From Felis catus (lineage: Eukaryota), in assembly GCF_018350175.1 (NCBI RefSeq), contig NC_058377.1, positions 110,050,001 through 110,114,000 of the forward strand: a stretch of DNA of 64,000 nt, written 5' to 3'. The position numbers and the translations under genes are program-made. The stretch's first letter is position 1. Each line of letters opens with the position of its first letter. Shown here piece after piece: positions 37,575 to 50,534 of this stretch. Under the pieces are notes generated by a model. It did not search any database. It was given only the letters and a program-made list of their open reading frames with translations, and had not been told where the DNA came from.

Positions 37575-37778
37575 TCTTTAAAAAAATTTTTTAAGACAGA
37601 GAGAGACAGAGCATGAGTGGGGATGGGGCAGAGAGAGAGGGAGACACAGAATCCGAAGCAGGCTCCGGGCTCTGAGCCGCGAGCACAGAGCCCGACGCGG
37701 GGCTCGAACTCACGAGCTGTGAGATCATGACCTGAGCCAAAGCAGGAGGGTCAGCCAACTGAGCCACCCAGGCGCCCC
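37575..37778 (-). mobile_element. CAN SINE
   Basis: Typical body and ccacccaggcgcccc head. Confidence 0.88.
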
Positions 37779-37832
37779 TCGTGAAAACCTTAAATGTTGT
37801 GATTCAGTGGTCTGTCGACACGTTCATACGGA

Positions 37833-38167
37833 CTAAGGGTTGGCAAACTTTTTCTGTAAAAAGCCAGATAAAGATTTTAGGCTTTGAGGACCCTACGGTT
37901 TCCATCACAACTGCTCAGCTCTGCGGTTGTAGTTAAAATTGCCAAGCAGCCCCAGTCCGCATACAAACAGGGATGGCTGGGGTGGAAATTTGGTAATTAA
38001 CTGATTAAACTTGATTTATTGACACTGCAGTTTGAATTTTGTAAACTTCTTTGTCTCACGAAATCTTACTATTCTTTGACTTTTCTCCCAACTGTTACTA
38101 AAATATAAACGCCATTTTTATCTTGGGGACTGTATTGGGCCTGTGGGCTATAGCTTGCTTATACCTG
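37833..38167 (+). mobile_element. MER58B-like hAT element
   Basis: 'ggttggcaaactttttctgtaaa..gccagata..ttttaggctttg' start and MER58B-type internal segment. Confidence 0.7.
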
Positions 38168-38232
38168 CCGTAGTCTTATATGGAGACTCACTACTTCTGG
38201 AATAACTTGGTGTTAAGATTGTGGAGAGACAG

Positions 38233-38437
38233 AGGCACCTGGGTGGTTCAGTTGGTTGAGCATCCAACTTTGGCGTAGGCCATGATCTCATGGTTCATGA
38301 GTTTGAGCCACACATCGGGCTCAATGCTGTCAGCACAGAGCCCTCTTTGGATCCCCTGTCCCCCGCCCCCTTCTCTGCCCCTCCCCTGCTTGCACTCGTC
38401 CTCTCTCTCTCAAAAATAAAAAATAAACTTAAAAAAA
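38233..38437 (+). mobile_element. CAN SINE
   Basis: ggcacctgggtgg head, (CT)n, AATAAA, A tail. Confidence 0.88.
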
Positions 38438-39873
38438 GATTGTGAAATGATAAAAAGTTATGAGCACAGTAGCAACTCTGTATGAATTACCTATTTGCTC
38501 ACAATGAATAGTTTTCATAATTTTCCTTCTTTCCTGTTTGGTCTGATTATATTCACTGAGATGTAATTTTAGGTCTGGTTAATCTGGGAACACAAATTGT
38601 GGGCTTATGTTCTGAAGGTCATTGTTCTCTCACTTTTCCAACTGGTATTTGATCTCACCACAGTATTGGTCCATGATGGATTAGAAAGGAACACTGACCC
38701 TTTCGTACAGCTACTTTGAGAACCACTGATTTAGAAATTCCTGTATCCGACTGGTGCCCCCAAAAGTGCCCAGATTGGGGGCTGAGGGTGGGAAGTCTGG
38801 GTGGGCCAGGAGAACAGGAGTGGGAACAGGAGTCTGGGTGTTAACTCTTTCAGCAAAGTCACAGAAGCCCATGTCTCTTCTCATCGCCATTCGTGTTTCA
38901 CTCGGAAGACAGAGTATAAACCTCTAAGTGTATGAACAGGATCTCCTCAGTCAGCCCTCCCTCCCGGGGGTGGTCAGCTGGGGCCCACACAGGCTGGGTG
39001 CCCTCACCTCTCCCTCCCACCCCCAGGTGTCTTGGAAGCCTTGGGTTATGTTCCCAACCCTGCCCTTGGGCGAATCCGTCCCTCTGGATCTTGGTTTCCT
39101 CATCTGTAAAATGGGACCGCGGTGGTGATTATCAGAAATAACCTGTGCCAAGTGCTCAACACAGGACCTGCTGCCTTCTAAGAGTTTGATAAATGGCAGC
39201 TATTATGATCTCAGATTTCAGGGTTCTCAAAGGTTGTTTCCTGGCCCGTGAGATTCTGAGATGCCTTGGTTTCCCAAAATTCTAAGTTGGTTTGTTTCCA
39301 CTGTTCTGTGGAGAGTCCTCGATCACGGAGGTTCTGTCACACGCGCCCTGCCTCTCATTGTCTTCACCCCTACTTCTCCCAACCCTTGAGCCCGGAAGTA
39401 GGGCAATGGGCGGAGAGGGCTGGGCTGCTGCCTTGTCGTGGCCCACATTCAGAGCTGTGGCAGCCCAGGGCCCCAGAGCCACGTTGCAACCGGGATACCA
39501 GCCTCCAGGCCCCAGGCCTGCGTCATCCCAGTGCCCTTGGCCAGGGCCCCCTGGGCAGGCACCAAGGCTGCTGCGCCTCCAGGTAGAGAAGTGGGCAGGG
39601 CCAGCTCTGCTAAGGGCCGGGTGGTGACGGCAGGCTGCTCCAGGCTTGCAGGATCGAGTCCCTAGCCCAGGTCCGCACCTAAAACGGAGGAGCAAGTCTT
39701 AGAGCATCAGGACCGTCGCGGGTACAATGGGGGGAGACGGGTGGTCCTGGTGCCTTCAGCTGCAGCCAGCGCTTCCCTCAGGTTTTGCGGGAGGGGCTGT
39801 GGCCAGGCCGACGGGCTGGGCAGGGTTGGCGGGAAAGGGAGATCAAGGTCTCTCCTGGAGCGAAGTACATTCT

Positions 39874-39879
39874 TTTATT
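39874..39879 (-). terminator. TMEM134 polyadenylation signal AATAAA
   Basis: tttatt on the + strand, about 245 nt beyond the stop codon. Confidence 0.65.
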
Positions 39880-40123
39880 AGCACAAAACAACAACGCAGC
39901 AGCCCCAAGGCTCGAGAATAAGTTAAGGCACAGAACAGGCAAGGGACGAGTTTCCCGGGCCTGGGTAGTGGGCAAACTTCCTGAGCAAACTTCGAGGGGG
40001 CTGGGGGCTCGAGGGTCCTGCGGTCCTTCCCTTGAGATGAGGAAACCAGAGCGGGGCGGGGCCGAGGAGCGCCCCCTGGGGCCGCTCGCAGGCGAGGCTG
40101 GATCCCCGCGGTCCGCCCGCGGC

Positions 40124-43100
40124 TCACTTCTCGAAATAGGGCAAGTAGAAGAACTGGAAGCCCCGGTGGCCCTTGACGGCGCAGTAGATGAAGATCACGT
40201 GGTAGACTGCGGGGGCGGGGCCGGTCAGCGCCGAGCCCCGCCCCCGCCCCGCCCCCAGCCCCGCCCCGCCCCTGCCCGGAGCCCTTCCGCACCTCCCGGG
40301 ACCAACAGCAGGAAGCCGGGCACGAAGAAGATGGCGCTGGAGACACCTGCAGGAGGAGGGGCCGAGTCAAGGCTGGGAGGCACCGGGGCGGGACCGAGGG
40401 GGGGGGGGCGGGTCACTGTCTGGTCAAGTCTCGCTGCGGTGAAAGGGGTCCTTTCCTGCTGTGAGGGTGGAAGCAAACTTCCGAGGGGGTTGGGGGCTCG
40501 CGGGTCCTGGAGGAGTTTTTCTCTTGTGGGGAACCCCGCTGCCTGCGGAGGTAGGAGGGGGCGCTCACCTGGCGAGGGGGCCACCTCCAGTCCCACGGCG
40601 ATCAGGATCAGCGCTGCGCACAGACGGATCCGCGAGGGTGAGGGGGGGAGGCGGGGGCAGGGGCTGGCGGCAGGGCGGGGAACTCCACCCACCACCCCCA
40701 GCAAGGCTTAGGCCCCAGGAGTGTCCGCAATCTGAACTGAAGGTTCCCTAGCCAGAGGACCCTTCCTGGGAAGCTCACCAAGCTCTGTGTTTTCAGAGCA
40801 GGGCACCTGGCAGGGCCCGGGAAATGTCTGAAGTGAGATTTTCCTCTGCTCCGTGGTGCGGCCTTTAGTCAATCGACAAACATTTATGGAACACCTGCTG
40901 TGTGCCTGGTACTGGGAATCCCACAGGGAAAAGCGAATGAGGTCCCTGCCCTCATGGCCCTTCCCTAGTGGTGCAACCAACAAGAAACTCCAAGCTACGA
41001 TCCAGTGATAGGGGGTGTGGCAGGCCAGAGCAGGCGGCAGGGGGAGCCTGGGGGGGTCGGGAGGGGCTTCCTGGAGGCAGTAGCAATGACGCTGAGCAGG
41101 GGTGGTGACAGCTATAGCAGCTAACATTTAGTTGTTACTTACCAGGTGCTGCCAGGCACTGGGCTAAGCTTGTTACCTGCACTGCTTTATTGTCACCGTG
41201 ACTGAATGAAACAGGTATTATCATCCCCATTTCACAGAAGATGAAACTGAGACGCAGAGAGCTGCATGTGGAAGGAGGAGGCGCTTGGACTCTGGAGGCT
41301 TTGCTATGGGCTTGGTGCAGGCAGAAAAGAACTGGAATGCTCCGGGCGGAGGGAGCAGCATGGCAAAGGCCTAGAGTCTGGAAGGAACTTGGGGCCTTCC
41401 AGGAGCTTCCAGAGTGGAAGACTGGAGAGGCAAGAGCCCGGGCTCGAGGAGTCTGGCAGGGCCTGTAGACCCCAACGAGGGATGTAACTTTGGCTGAGAA
41501 CAGTGGGTTTGGGGAAGTCATGGCTGGATCAACTGTTCAGACCTACAGAGTCCTGGGTCCCCGCTTAGAAGATGGGATTGGGGGCGGTGGGGGAGCTGGG
41601 CTTTCCAGCAAGGGAGCGATATGGCATGAAGGCTCGAGGGGCCACCATGGACTGCTAGGTGACTGGTGCCCCGTATAGAGCACCTGAAAAAAGGAATGGT
41701 GGGGGCTGAAACACTACCTGCCACCCTGGCTTAGGGCTGGGGGCCCTGCCCACTCAGAGGAGGTGTCTTCTAAGTCCTACAAAGGCCCTTTATAGGCCCG
41801 GTAATGTCACTGATGTGGGTTTTAAATCCCAGCTCATCTACCTCACAGCTGAGGTCTGAGCAAGTCCCTTTACCTGGCTGAGTCTCTGTCCTTATTTCTG
41901 GACTGGGATGGTAATAATGCTTGCCCTTGTGGATACTGGGAGAGAGAATGAAATGGGATAAGGCAGGTGGCCCGTATGACCAGTGCCCAGCTTGCAGTGG
42001 GGACTGGAGAAGTTGGTGGCTCCCTCCCCCCACACGTAGACACCCAGAGCCGAGGCGAGGACGCTGCTCAGCTTTCTGGCTAGGGGACTCTGACCGTGCT
42101 GGAAGATGGAGAGCAGCTGCCACAGCTGGGCTGTCCTCACGAGCCCCTCTTGATCCCGACCCTGGGTCCCTGCTGGGGATCCTGATTCCTCAGCCCCGCA
42201 GAATGAGTCAGAAAACATCTGGCTGGGAGATCTGTCTGCTCTGGTCTTCGCTTTCCCCATCTGGGCAATAGGTGTACCCAGTGAGGGCCAGGGAGGGGTC
42301 CTCCTCAGCTCTCAGACTCCAGGGATGGGGACGCGACAGGCGCTCCGTGGGCCGGGCCGGCAGGGTGCTCAGCATCCCTGTCGACGGGGATGGGCAGATC
42401 CCTGAGCACTTGTCTCCGTACTGGTTCTGGGTCACGGTCCCACCTCTCACTTTCTGTGTGACCTCCGTAAGGCCGGAAATAAGCCTACCCTGCGGCTGGC
42501 TTGAAGTAGCCACAGAATAAATGGTAGCTGTTGGCTCTTTTGCTCCCTGAGGGATTAAATGGCTAAGTTAAAAAAAAAGAAAGTTTGGAGCATGGGACCA
42601 GGTTCCCTTTTCCACTATGTGTGATTTCCTGGCCGTGTGTCCAGGAGACCGGGCCTGCTCCTCTTAAGGCCTCAGTTTCCTCACCTGTAAATGGGGGTGG
42701 GGTGATGGCACTCAGCTGGATGTAGGGAGGCTCCGTGGGCCAAGGGGGACCCAGACCCTGCACGAAGGGAGGACGGCGCCCTCACGGGGGTAGGCAGGGG
42801 ACCCACAGGGGCACTCACCCAGCCCCAGCAGCAGGAGTAGGAAGGAGGCCAGCACTACCCGGCGGTTCTTCTGGATCAAAGGGTGTTGCGTCCAGCTGGG
42901 GGGCAGGACAGCAGGATGAGTGGGAGAAGTGACAAGAGCCCCACCCTCTCCCATCACTCTTCCCCACCCAGAGGACCAAGGGGGAAAGCCAGGCCTGCCT
43001 GTTCTGGGTCACAGACTGCAGGTGGCTTAAGCAGGGCAGGCTCTCACCTGCAGCAGGCATGGTAGGATCGCTGGGTGCTGTTGCTGATGGTGCTGAAGGA

Positions 43101-44761
43101 CCACTGGGAGCTGCGGATGGACGTTCGGCTGGAATCCCTGCTGGCCAGGTGGGCCCAGTGAGAGGCAGGGCAAGTGATGAAGGGGTCATAATGACGTGGT
43201 GGGGGTTGGTACAGGGATTAGGATGGGTGTCCCTGCGGAAGAGGGGGCACTGAGAGGGGACAAAGTGAGGAGGATTCAAGGGCTGGGGTCTCTGCAGGAC
43301 CGAGGATGGAAAAAACCCTGCAGATTCGAGCTAGGGATTCCTGCAGGACAGATGACCTGGGGGAAGGTAGGGGCTAGACCAGGCTAGGGGTTTTCTGCAG
43401 GAGAAAGAGCCTGGTGGGGGTGTGAGGGGGGGGTGAGGCTGGCACTGGGGTAGGGTGACCCTGCAGGACAGGGGAGCCCATGAGGGGCGTGGGGATCAGG
43501 CTAGGAATCCTTGTGGGACAGGATGTGTCAGAGCTGAGTAGTGTGAGGTGGGAAACTGGCCAGGGACCTTGGGGAAAGGAGCCGGGAGCAGGGTTAGAGG
43601 CGTAGGCCGGGTCCCCACCTGGCCCTGACCTGATGCTGACTCCCCCATCCGGCTCCGGAGAGGCTTGGGCTGCATCCTCATCATTCTCCAGGTTCTATTC
43701 CAGAACACAGGGCTCAGAGGGGTTACTGGGCCCAGGCCCTTCCTCCTCCCTTCTCAGGGAGAGGAGAGCAAGCCCACACAGCTGTTTGCCTGGCCGCTTG
43801 ACAGCTGCTCACCTGGCCCTCCACCCTCCCCGCCAAACGGGTTTGATGATTCACAGAAACTGAAACCCAGGTAGGAGGTGGAGGTGGGGGGGGGTGCTGG
43901 TTGAGGGCTCCCAGCATGGTCCCAGGGCCAGGAGCGCCCCCAAGTTTGGGAGTCAGGGTGGAGCTTTCAGAACGGTATTTCAGGGGCCCAGTATGGAGGC
44001 TCCGGATTTGTCGTGCCACAGGGCAAAAGTCCTGGTTTTCAGGTTTGGGGCGCAGGAATCTGATACAGGGCTCGAATAAAAGGATCTTGGCGGAAGTCCC
44101 TCAGGGAGATTGGAGGTTCCCAGTTTAGTGGGAGTCAAGGCATGGGTAAGGACTCATCAGGTGAGTGAGGGCCTCCAGCTCTGGGGTAGGGGAGTGGGGG
44201 CGGGGGCAGGATGGGGTGGGGACTTCCAGAACAGAAGCGGGAGAGTGGAAGGCTCGAGGGTCTGCTCCAGAGTTTGGGCAAGATCTGGTTCAGGGACAAG
44301 AAGAGCTCTCTAGCCCAGCGGGGAAAGAGGGCGTTGGGTCCCGACCCAGGATAAGTGGGGACACCGGGTGGGATTTCCAGCTGGGGCTAGGGGAAGAACT
44401 CCCGGGTTCGGTGGCTGGGGACCAAAATCAGAATTGGGAGGGTCTGGGCAGGGCCTTGAATCAGTGGCTACGTAGGCAGGGGCGTCTAGACAGATTTTCC
44501 CTTGAGTTGGGGTTCTCCAGGGTCCGGCCTCGGCCTTGGGGTACCCCCCGGACCCGGGCTGGGGTTGAGGTGGGCCGGGCCGTTCACCTGGTAGCGCAGC
44601 CGGGACTGCTTGTCCTCGTCGGCCACCTCGAACCGGGCTCGGCGCTCGAAGTGCAGCGGCCCGAAGCGGGCGACCCCGCTGAATTCGGGCCCCGGGCCCG
44701 CGTCCTCCAGGGACAGCTCGAAGGCGTCATCGATGCTGAACTGGGGCCGGGCGGCGCTCAT
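40124..44761 (-). CDS. TMEM134: Transmembrane protein 134, 195 aa
   Basis: Exons 44761-44588, 43694-43630, 43137-43048, 42895-42819, 40613-40569, 40346-40293, 40206-40124. MSAARPQFSIDDAFELSLED.. to ..GFQFFYLPYFEK. Confidence 0.96.
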
Positions 44762-45170
44762 GGCCCCGGCCCGCTCAGGAGCCCTGCGCCGCCGCCATCC
44801 GAGCCCGCCAGCCCCGAGCGCCGCGGCCCCGCCCCCGCACGCAGGCCCCGCCCCGTGCTGTAGGCTTAAGACTGCGACTGTCCGGCGCCCCGGCCGAGGC
44901 CCCGCCCCCACGCAACGGCCCCGCCCCTGCTCGCCCTCGGCAGGCCGGAGCTGCCGAGCGCCGAGCGGGCCAGTGGGCGGGCCCTCCTTTGGGGACGGCG
45001 CAGAGTTTCCGGCGCCTCCCAGCGGCCGCCTACGCGAGCCACAGCGGCTGCAGCGCTCGCTCGCTCGCTTGCAATTCGTAGGTCTGTGTCTTGGGCTTGG
45101 AGGGGCACCCCAGGCCCGAGATGGAGCGTTGCGCGTCCCAGCCTGCGCCTCGAGTGCCAAGGAGACTCCT
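44762..45170 (-). promoter_or_regulatory. TMEM134 CpG-island promoter
   Basis: CpG-dense with multiple GC boxes upstream of the ATG. Confidence 0.7.
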
Positions 45171-45974
45171 AGGACCAGACTGTGTTCCCACCTCGACTCA
45201 CCGCGGCTCTGCACCGGTTGGGTATTCTCACCATAGCAGGTGTGGACTCTGAGGCTCAGAAAGCTTATGTGGCTTCCACTCCTCCGATCCAGTCTCCACT
45301 CAGCAGCCAAAGTGATCTTTTAAAATATATCTCACCTTTTTCTCTGTGTATTACTCTTAAGGAAAAAAATGTTTTGTTTTGTTTTTAAAGTATGCTGCTA
45401 AGTTCAGCAGTTCACTCCTCTGTATGAAACTGTCTCTTGGTTTTCCATTGTGTTTAGAATAATATCTGAGCTCTTTTTGACTAAGGCCTACAAAGCTGTG
45501 AATGATCTGTTCCCCGCCTACATCTTCAATCTCCTCAAGCCCCCTCTGCCCCTCTTTCACCTACCCAGCCACACAGGCCAAACTCGTTGTCACCTCAGGG
45601 CCTTTGCACATGCTGTTCCCTATGCCTGGAAAGCACTTAACCTTGCTCTTTCACAACTGGGTCCTTTCATCATCTGCATCCCTGCTGGAAAGTCAGGTGT
45701 CAGAGATGCCATCCGTGATGATGCAATCTAAAGTCAGTATCACGTTACACGGCACTTATCCGAGGGTAACTTATGTTACACTGTTTTATTCACCAGCATG
45801 TCCACGGTGCCTGGCCAGTGTTTGGCCCTGAGTAGATGCTCGTTAAATATTTGTGGATGAAATGAATGAATGCTTTGCCCAAATCCCCAGTGCTTACAGG
45901 TGGTAGAACTGGGGTTGGAACCCAAGCTCCCCTGGTTCCAGGGATGCTCTTCCCCCACCCACCACACTTCACTG

Positions 45975-46725
45975 TATGACCTCATAGGCAGAGTTGACTC
46001 TTTCCTCCTCCTCGGTTTGTGACGCGTCGCCACTGTAAACAAGGCCCCTCTCGGTGTGCTCAGGCAGCTTCCTTGAATCCTGTCTGGCTCTCTTCTATAC
46101 ATGGCTTGGCTCCTATATGGATGCTTGAAACTTACAAACATGCTGTCGTGTATAAGACTCATCCTGTTTACGGTTTTACACTCAACACTAATGTTTTCCA
46201 CATGCATCTCATTTGTTACTTCTGCTAGTTGCATGCAATATGCCACGCTGAGCATCCAGTACTCTTAGTATCCCCCGCACCCTTCAGTGATGCACCCCTT
46301 AGCTTGGCCTCAGTGCCCCTGTCACATATGTCACTGCTGCGAACACCTGTCTTCAACTGTCTCCTTATGGACTGTGGGAGAATTCTCCTCGAAGTAGGAC
46401 TTCCAGGCCACAGGGTACACGCACCCTCGGCTTCCCAAAGCACCGACGATGCTCTCCCGGGTGGCTGTTGGAACTCCCACACTTACCGCGAGGGTTCTGG
46501 TTTTCCGTTAGCACTTGGCTTTCCAGTTTTCTGATGCTTGCTAATCTGACGAATCTGAAGTGGTTCCTAACTTCCATCTGGGTTCCCTTGATGACTAGGG
46601 AATTTGAATAGCTCTTCATGCACTTGGCAGCCATGGTGGTTCCCTCTTCTGTGAATTGTCTCTTTGGGGAGCCTTTGTCTATCTTTTCTATCGGGTTTCT
46701 AGCCTTCTTTCTACTGATTTGCATG
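45975..46725 (-). mobile_element. Old L1 ORF2/3' remnant (antisense); apparently continues in pieces over ~50.2-54.1 kb
   Basis: Degenerate L1 3' motifs, e.g. 'ttgctaatctga..gaagtgg..' and 'cctcttctgtgaattgtct'. Confidence 0.6.
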
Positions 46726-46739
46726 TCTACACACAGCTA

Positions 46740-49700
46740 AGTATCAGTGCTTTGGTGTTGCACATATCCCTTCTCTTTGTCTCCTTACTTTGTCCGAGTT
46801 TCCCTTCGTTAACAATGCTCGGAGTCCTGGGGTGGAGTGCAGGCTTGGGCCCACGTCCCACGGGGGTGTTCTCCGTGAGCGCCGCCTTGGCTCCCGCCGG
46901 ACCCCCCACCGATGGATGATGGGGCTCTGGATGCCAGCACTGCCCTGGAGTGGCTCCGGGATGGGCCTGCTACTTCCTCTCCCACACCCCAGCACTCTCG
47001 CTCAAAGACCTGCAGGGGATGCCCCAAGAACCCTCCCCCGGACTCAGGTGAGAAACCTGCTGAAATGGAATACTGAGTCCAAAGACCCTCTGCTGCAGGC
47101 CTCCCCAGCATGGTTTCAGCCCTAACTGCGTCGCCAGCTTGCAAAACAAGCTTGCCTTGGCTGTTTGGGCTGCCCCGTCCCCCCGCCCATCGCAACCTGT
47201 GCCTTTTTCAAACGAGGCTGCCAGGGGATCCACACCCCTGCCACCCTCCACTTGAATTCCAGTTCTCTCCACGTTTCTATTTGAGGACTTCTCTAAAGCC
47301 AGTGGTGTCAAAGGACAAGGTCCTAAGACTTTCCACGAACAGCTAACCCTTCTGTGTCTCCCACTTTCTCATCCTTCTACTTCTGCTTTTTGCGTTGCAG
47401 AGCCCCTCCTACAAGTATGAGAAGAAAAGAAAGAAAAGTGAAAGAAAGAAAAAAGAGAGAGAGAAATACCACCGGCCCAGGGTAGAGAGGCCCACGGACA
47501 GGTTCCTGGCGGACCCAGAGTGAGGACGGCTGCTCAGAACCCGTGTCTCCAGTCGCATTGGAAACGCCCCGGCAGCAACACGCAGGGGGAAGACTCTGGC
47601 AGCGACCACAGCAGACCCTTGGCCCAACGGCAAATCCCCCAAGGATGGATTGGGTCCACGGGATGCGGACTAGGTTATAGGAAAGTGGTGCTAAATATCT
47701 CACTGTGTTCCCAGCTTCCATCGAGGGCAGGACCAGACCAGAAACTGTGTAAACTTCCGAGAACGTGGCCTTGCTTGGCGTGTTCATGAGTCGTTTGACC
47801 CACGATATACGTGGGACTAAACCCTTGACTCATGATTTTCTACAGCATATCACTAATCAGCAAAATAAAGAACAAGAGTTTTCAGGCCACTTTCAGCCTT
47901 GAAAGTATGCTGCTTTTTTTTTTTTTAAGTTTATTTACTTATTTTGAGAGAGACAGAGGCAGCACAAGCGGGGGAGGGGCAGAGAGAGAGGGAGAGAGAA
48001 GTCTTAGCAGGCTCCGTGCTGTCAGCTTAGAGTCCGATGTGGGACTCGAACTCACGAAGCGTGGGATCATGACCTGAGTTGAAACCGAGAGTCAGATGCT
48101 CAACTGAGTGAGCCACCCAGGTGCCCCGAAATTATTCCTCTTTAACATTCGTTAAAAACGACATCACGGGGGCGCCTGGGTGGCGCAGTCGGTTAAGCGT
48201 CCGACTTCAGCCAGGTCACGATCTCGCGGTCTGGGAGTTTGAGCCCCGCGTCGGGCTCTGGGCTGATGGCTCAGAGCCTGGAGCCTGTTTCCGATTCTGT
48301 GTCTCCCCCTCTCTCTGCCCCTCCCCCGTTCATGCTCTGTCTCTCTCTGTCCCAAAAAAAATAAATAAACGTTAAAAAAAAAAAAAAAACGACATCATGT
48401 TTTCTTGCCCCCCACCCACGGGTGCAAGAGGTTTTGTGTATTTTTTTTAACTAATTCATTAATTCCTTTTAAAGATTTTATTTTTAAGTAATTTGTTCAC
48501 CCAACACGAGGCTGGAACTCACAACCCCAAGATCAAGGGGTCACATGTTGTACTGACTGAGCCAGACAGATGCCCCTGTGAGAGGTTTGAACTTACTTTT
48601 TCTCAAGGGTCAGCCCTGGTTTGACTTTTCGGTCAGAAACGGGTTAAACTGGGAGGTGTTTTGTTTCTGTCTTAAACAGGTCATCCCAGGGGCGCCTGGG
48701 TGACGCAGTCGGTTAAGCGTCCGACTTCAGCCAGGTCACGATCTCGCGGTCTGTGAGTTCGAGCCCTGCGTCAGGCTCTGGGCTGATGGCTCGGAGCCTG
48801 GAGCCTGTTTCCGATTCTGTGTCTCCCTCTCTCTCTGCCCCTCCCCTGTTCATGCTCTGTCTCTCTCTGTCCCAAAAATAAATAAACGTTGAAAAAAAAA
48901 TTAAAAAAAAAAAAAAACCCAGGTCATCCCAGAAGAGCTTTTTTTTTGGTTGTTTTTTTTTTTTTAATTTTTTTTTCAACGTTTATTTATTTTTGGGACA
49001 GAGAGAGAGCATGAACGGGCGAGGGGCAGAGAGAGAGGGAGACACAGAATCGGAAACAGGCTCCAGGCTCTGAGCCATCAGCCCAGAGCCCGACGCGGGG
49101 CTCGAACTCACGGACCGTGAGATCGTGACCTGGCCGAAGTCGGACGCCCAACCGACTGCGCCACCCAGGCGCCCCTTTTTGGTTTGTTTTTAATGTTTAT
49201 TTTTGAGAGAGAGAGAGAGAGCACAAGAAGGAGAGGGACAGAGAGAGAGGGAGACACAGAATCGGAAACAGGCTCCAGGCTCCGAGCCATCAGCCCAGAG
49301 CCCGACGCGGGGCTCGAACTCACGGACTGCGAGATCGTGACCTGGCTGAAGTCGGACGCTTAACCGACTGCGCCACCCAGGCGCCCTGCAAGAGCTTTTT
49401 AAAAAAACAGCGCTTGTTTATTCTTTCCATGCCTTAGTCTAGTATGTTTTTATGGACCACCTGCCAGAAATCCCTTTACTCCCGTGTCTCAAACCTGATC
49501 CGGAAGTCTGCTTCCTGAGGGATAACTTCACCCTTCCCGATAGTTTCATCATCTTTCCGGGCTTGTTCTCGGTCGAAGCAGAGGGGCAGCTGGCACGCCC
49601 CGTCCATTGTGGATCCAGGATCTCTTCATGGTAGCACTTGGTATATTCCTTAGCTTTCTCTAAACTCGTACTCCAGGCCAACTCAAAACACAAAAACCTG

Positions 49701-50000
49701 TGGACATACGTGGAAAATGATAACTGGTCCTGTTTGGTTCCCTCTTTTCGTCTGTTTTGCTCACAAGCCATATAGGTCTGATTGTTGGCAGTATCGTCGG
49801 AGTCGGGTGTCTGGGTCCAAGTGAAGGTAGCTGCTGACCGCTGCCTGGTTTGTTTTGTGGACCAGGACCTAGAGGACCCAGGATTGTCTCACAAGAGTTC
49901 AATGTCCACTTCAAAGGCACCAGGAAAAGAGGTAGATCAAGCCATTTGCAAACAGAAATTTACTGCGTTTCCTTCCAAAGCTTTGTGAATTTGTAAGAGA
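46740..50000 (-). mobile_element. Probable degenerate ERV (gamma-like) internal remnant: integrase C-terminus, env-like segment, PPT; split by SINEs
   Basis: Minus-strand translation KFTKLWKETQ*ISVCKWLDLPLFLVPLKWTLNSCETILGP (~49996-49875) resembles gammaretroviral integrase; purine tract aaagagaaggga (46778-46767) followed by TGT. Confidence 0.45.
47915..49386. mobile_element. Dense SINE cluster: 47915-48127(-), 48168-48389(+), 48470-48577(-, older fragment), 48689-48917(+), 48955-49175(-), 49176-49386(-)
   Basis: Near-consensus SINEC_Fc-type copies; TSDs aaaaacgacatca (48154/48385), caggtcatcccag (48677/48920), aagagcttttt (48933/49390). Confidence 0.92.
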
Positions 50001-50019
50001 AGGAAGGAAGGGGGGAAGG

Positions 50020-50487
50020 AGGTTAAGCCGCCGACTTCGGCTCAGGTCGTGATCTTGCGGTTCGTGAGTTCGAGCCCCGCATCAGGCTCTGTGCTGACAG
50101 CTCAGATCCCGGAGCCTGCTTTGGATTCTGTGTCTCCCGCTCTCTCTGCCCCTCCTCTGCTTGCACACACGCTCTCTCTCTCTCTCAAAAAATAAACATT
50201 AAAAAAATGTTTTTTTAATATTCAGTTCATTTTTGAAAAAGAAATCGGACAATATATTCATTTTCTTCTGCTTCTACTTTACACAAACCTTCATTAAAAG
50301 AAAGAAAACCAATCCTCCGTTTTCTATATTCAAGTCCATCAGGTTTGTGTTCTTTGAGTTTTGTTTGAAGTGTTTCCTCCTCCCAAGGTTATAAAGATAT
50401 TCTCCAGTGTCGTATTCTAGTGGCCTCATAGTTTTGTTTTTTTTAAAGTTTATTTATTTTGACGGAGAGGGAGGAAGGGAGGGGCAG

Positions 50488-50534
<47 letters not shown>

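Noticed and set aside
48168-48250. tRNA-like A/B boxes
   Set aside because: These are tRNA-derived heads of CAN SINEs, not tRNA genes
46717-49993. atttg at both ends of the ERV-like block as a 5-bp TSD
   Set aside because: Too short; the ends lack TG..CA termini and one boundary falls inside pol-like sequence
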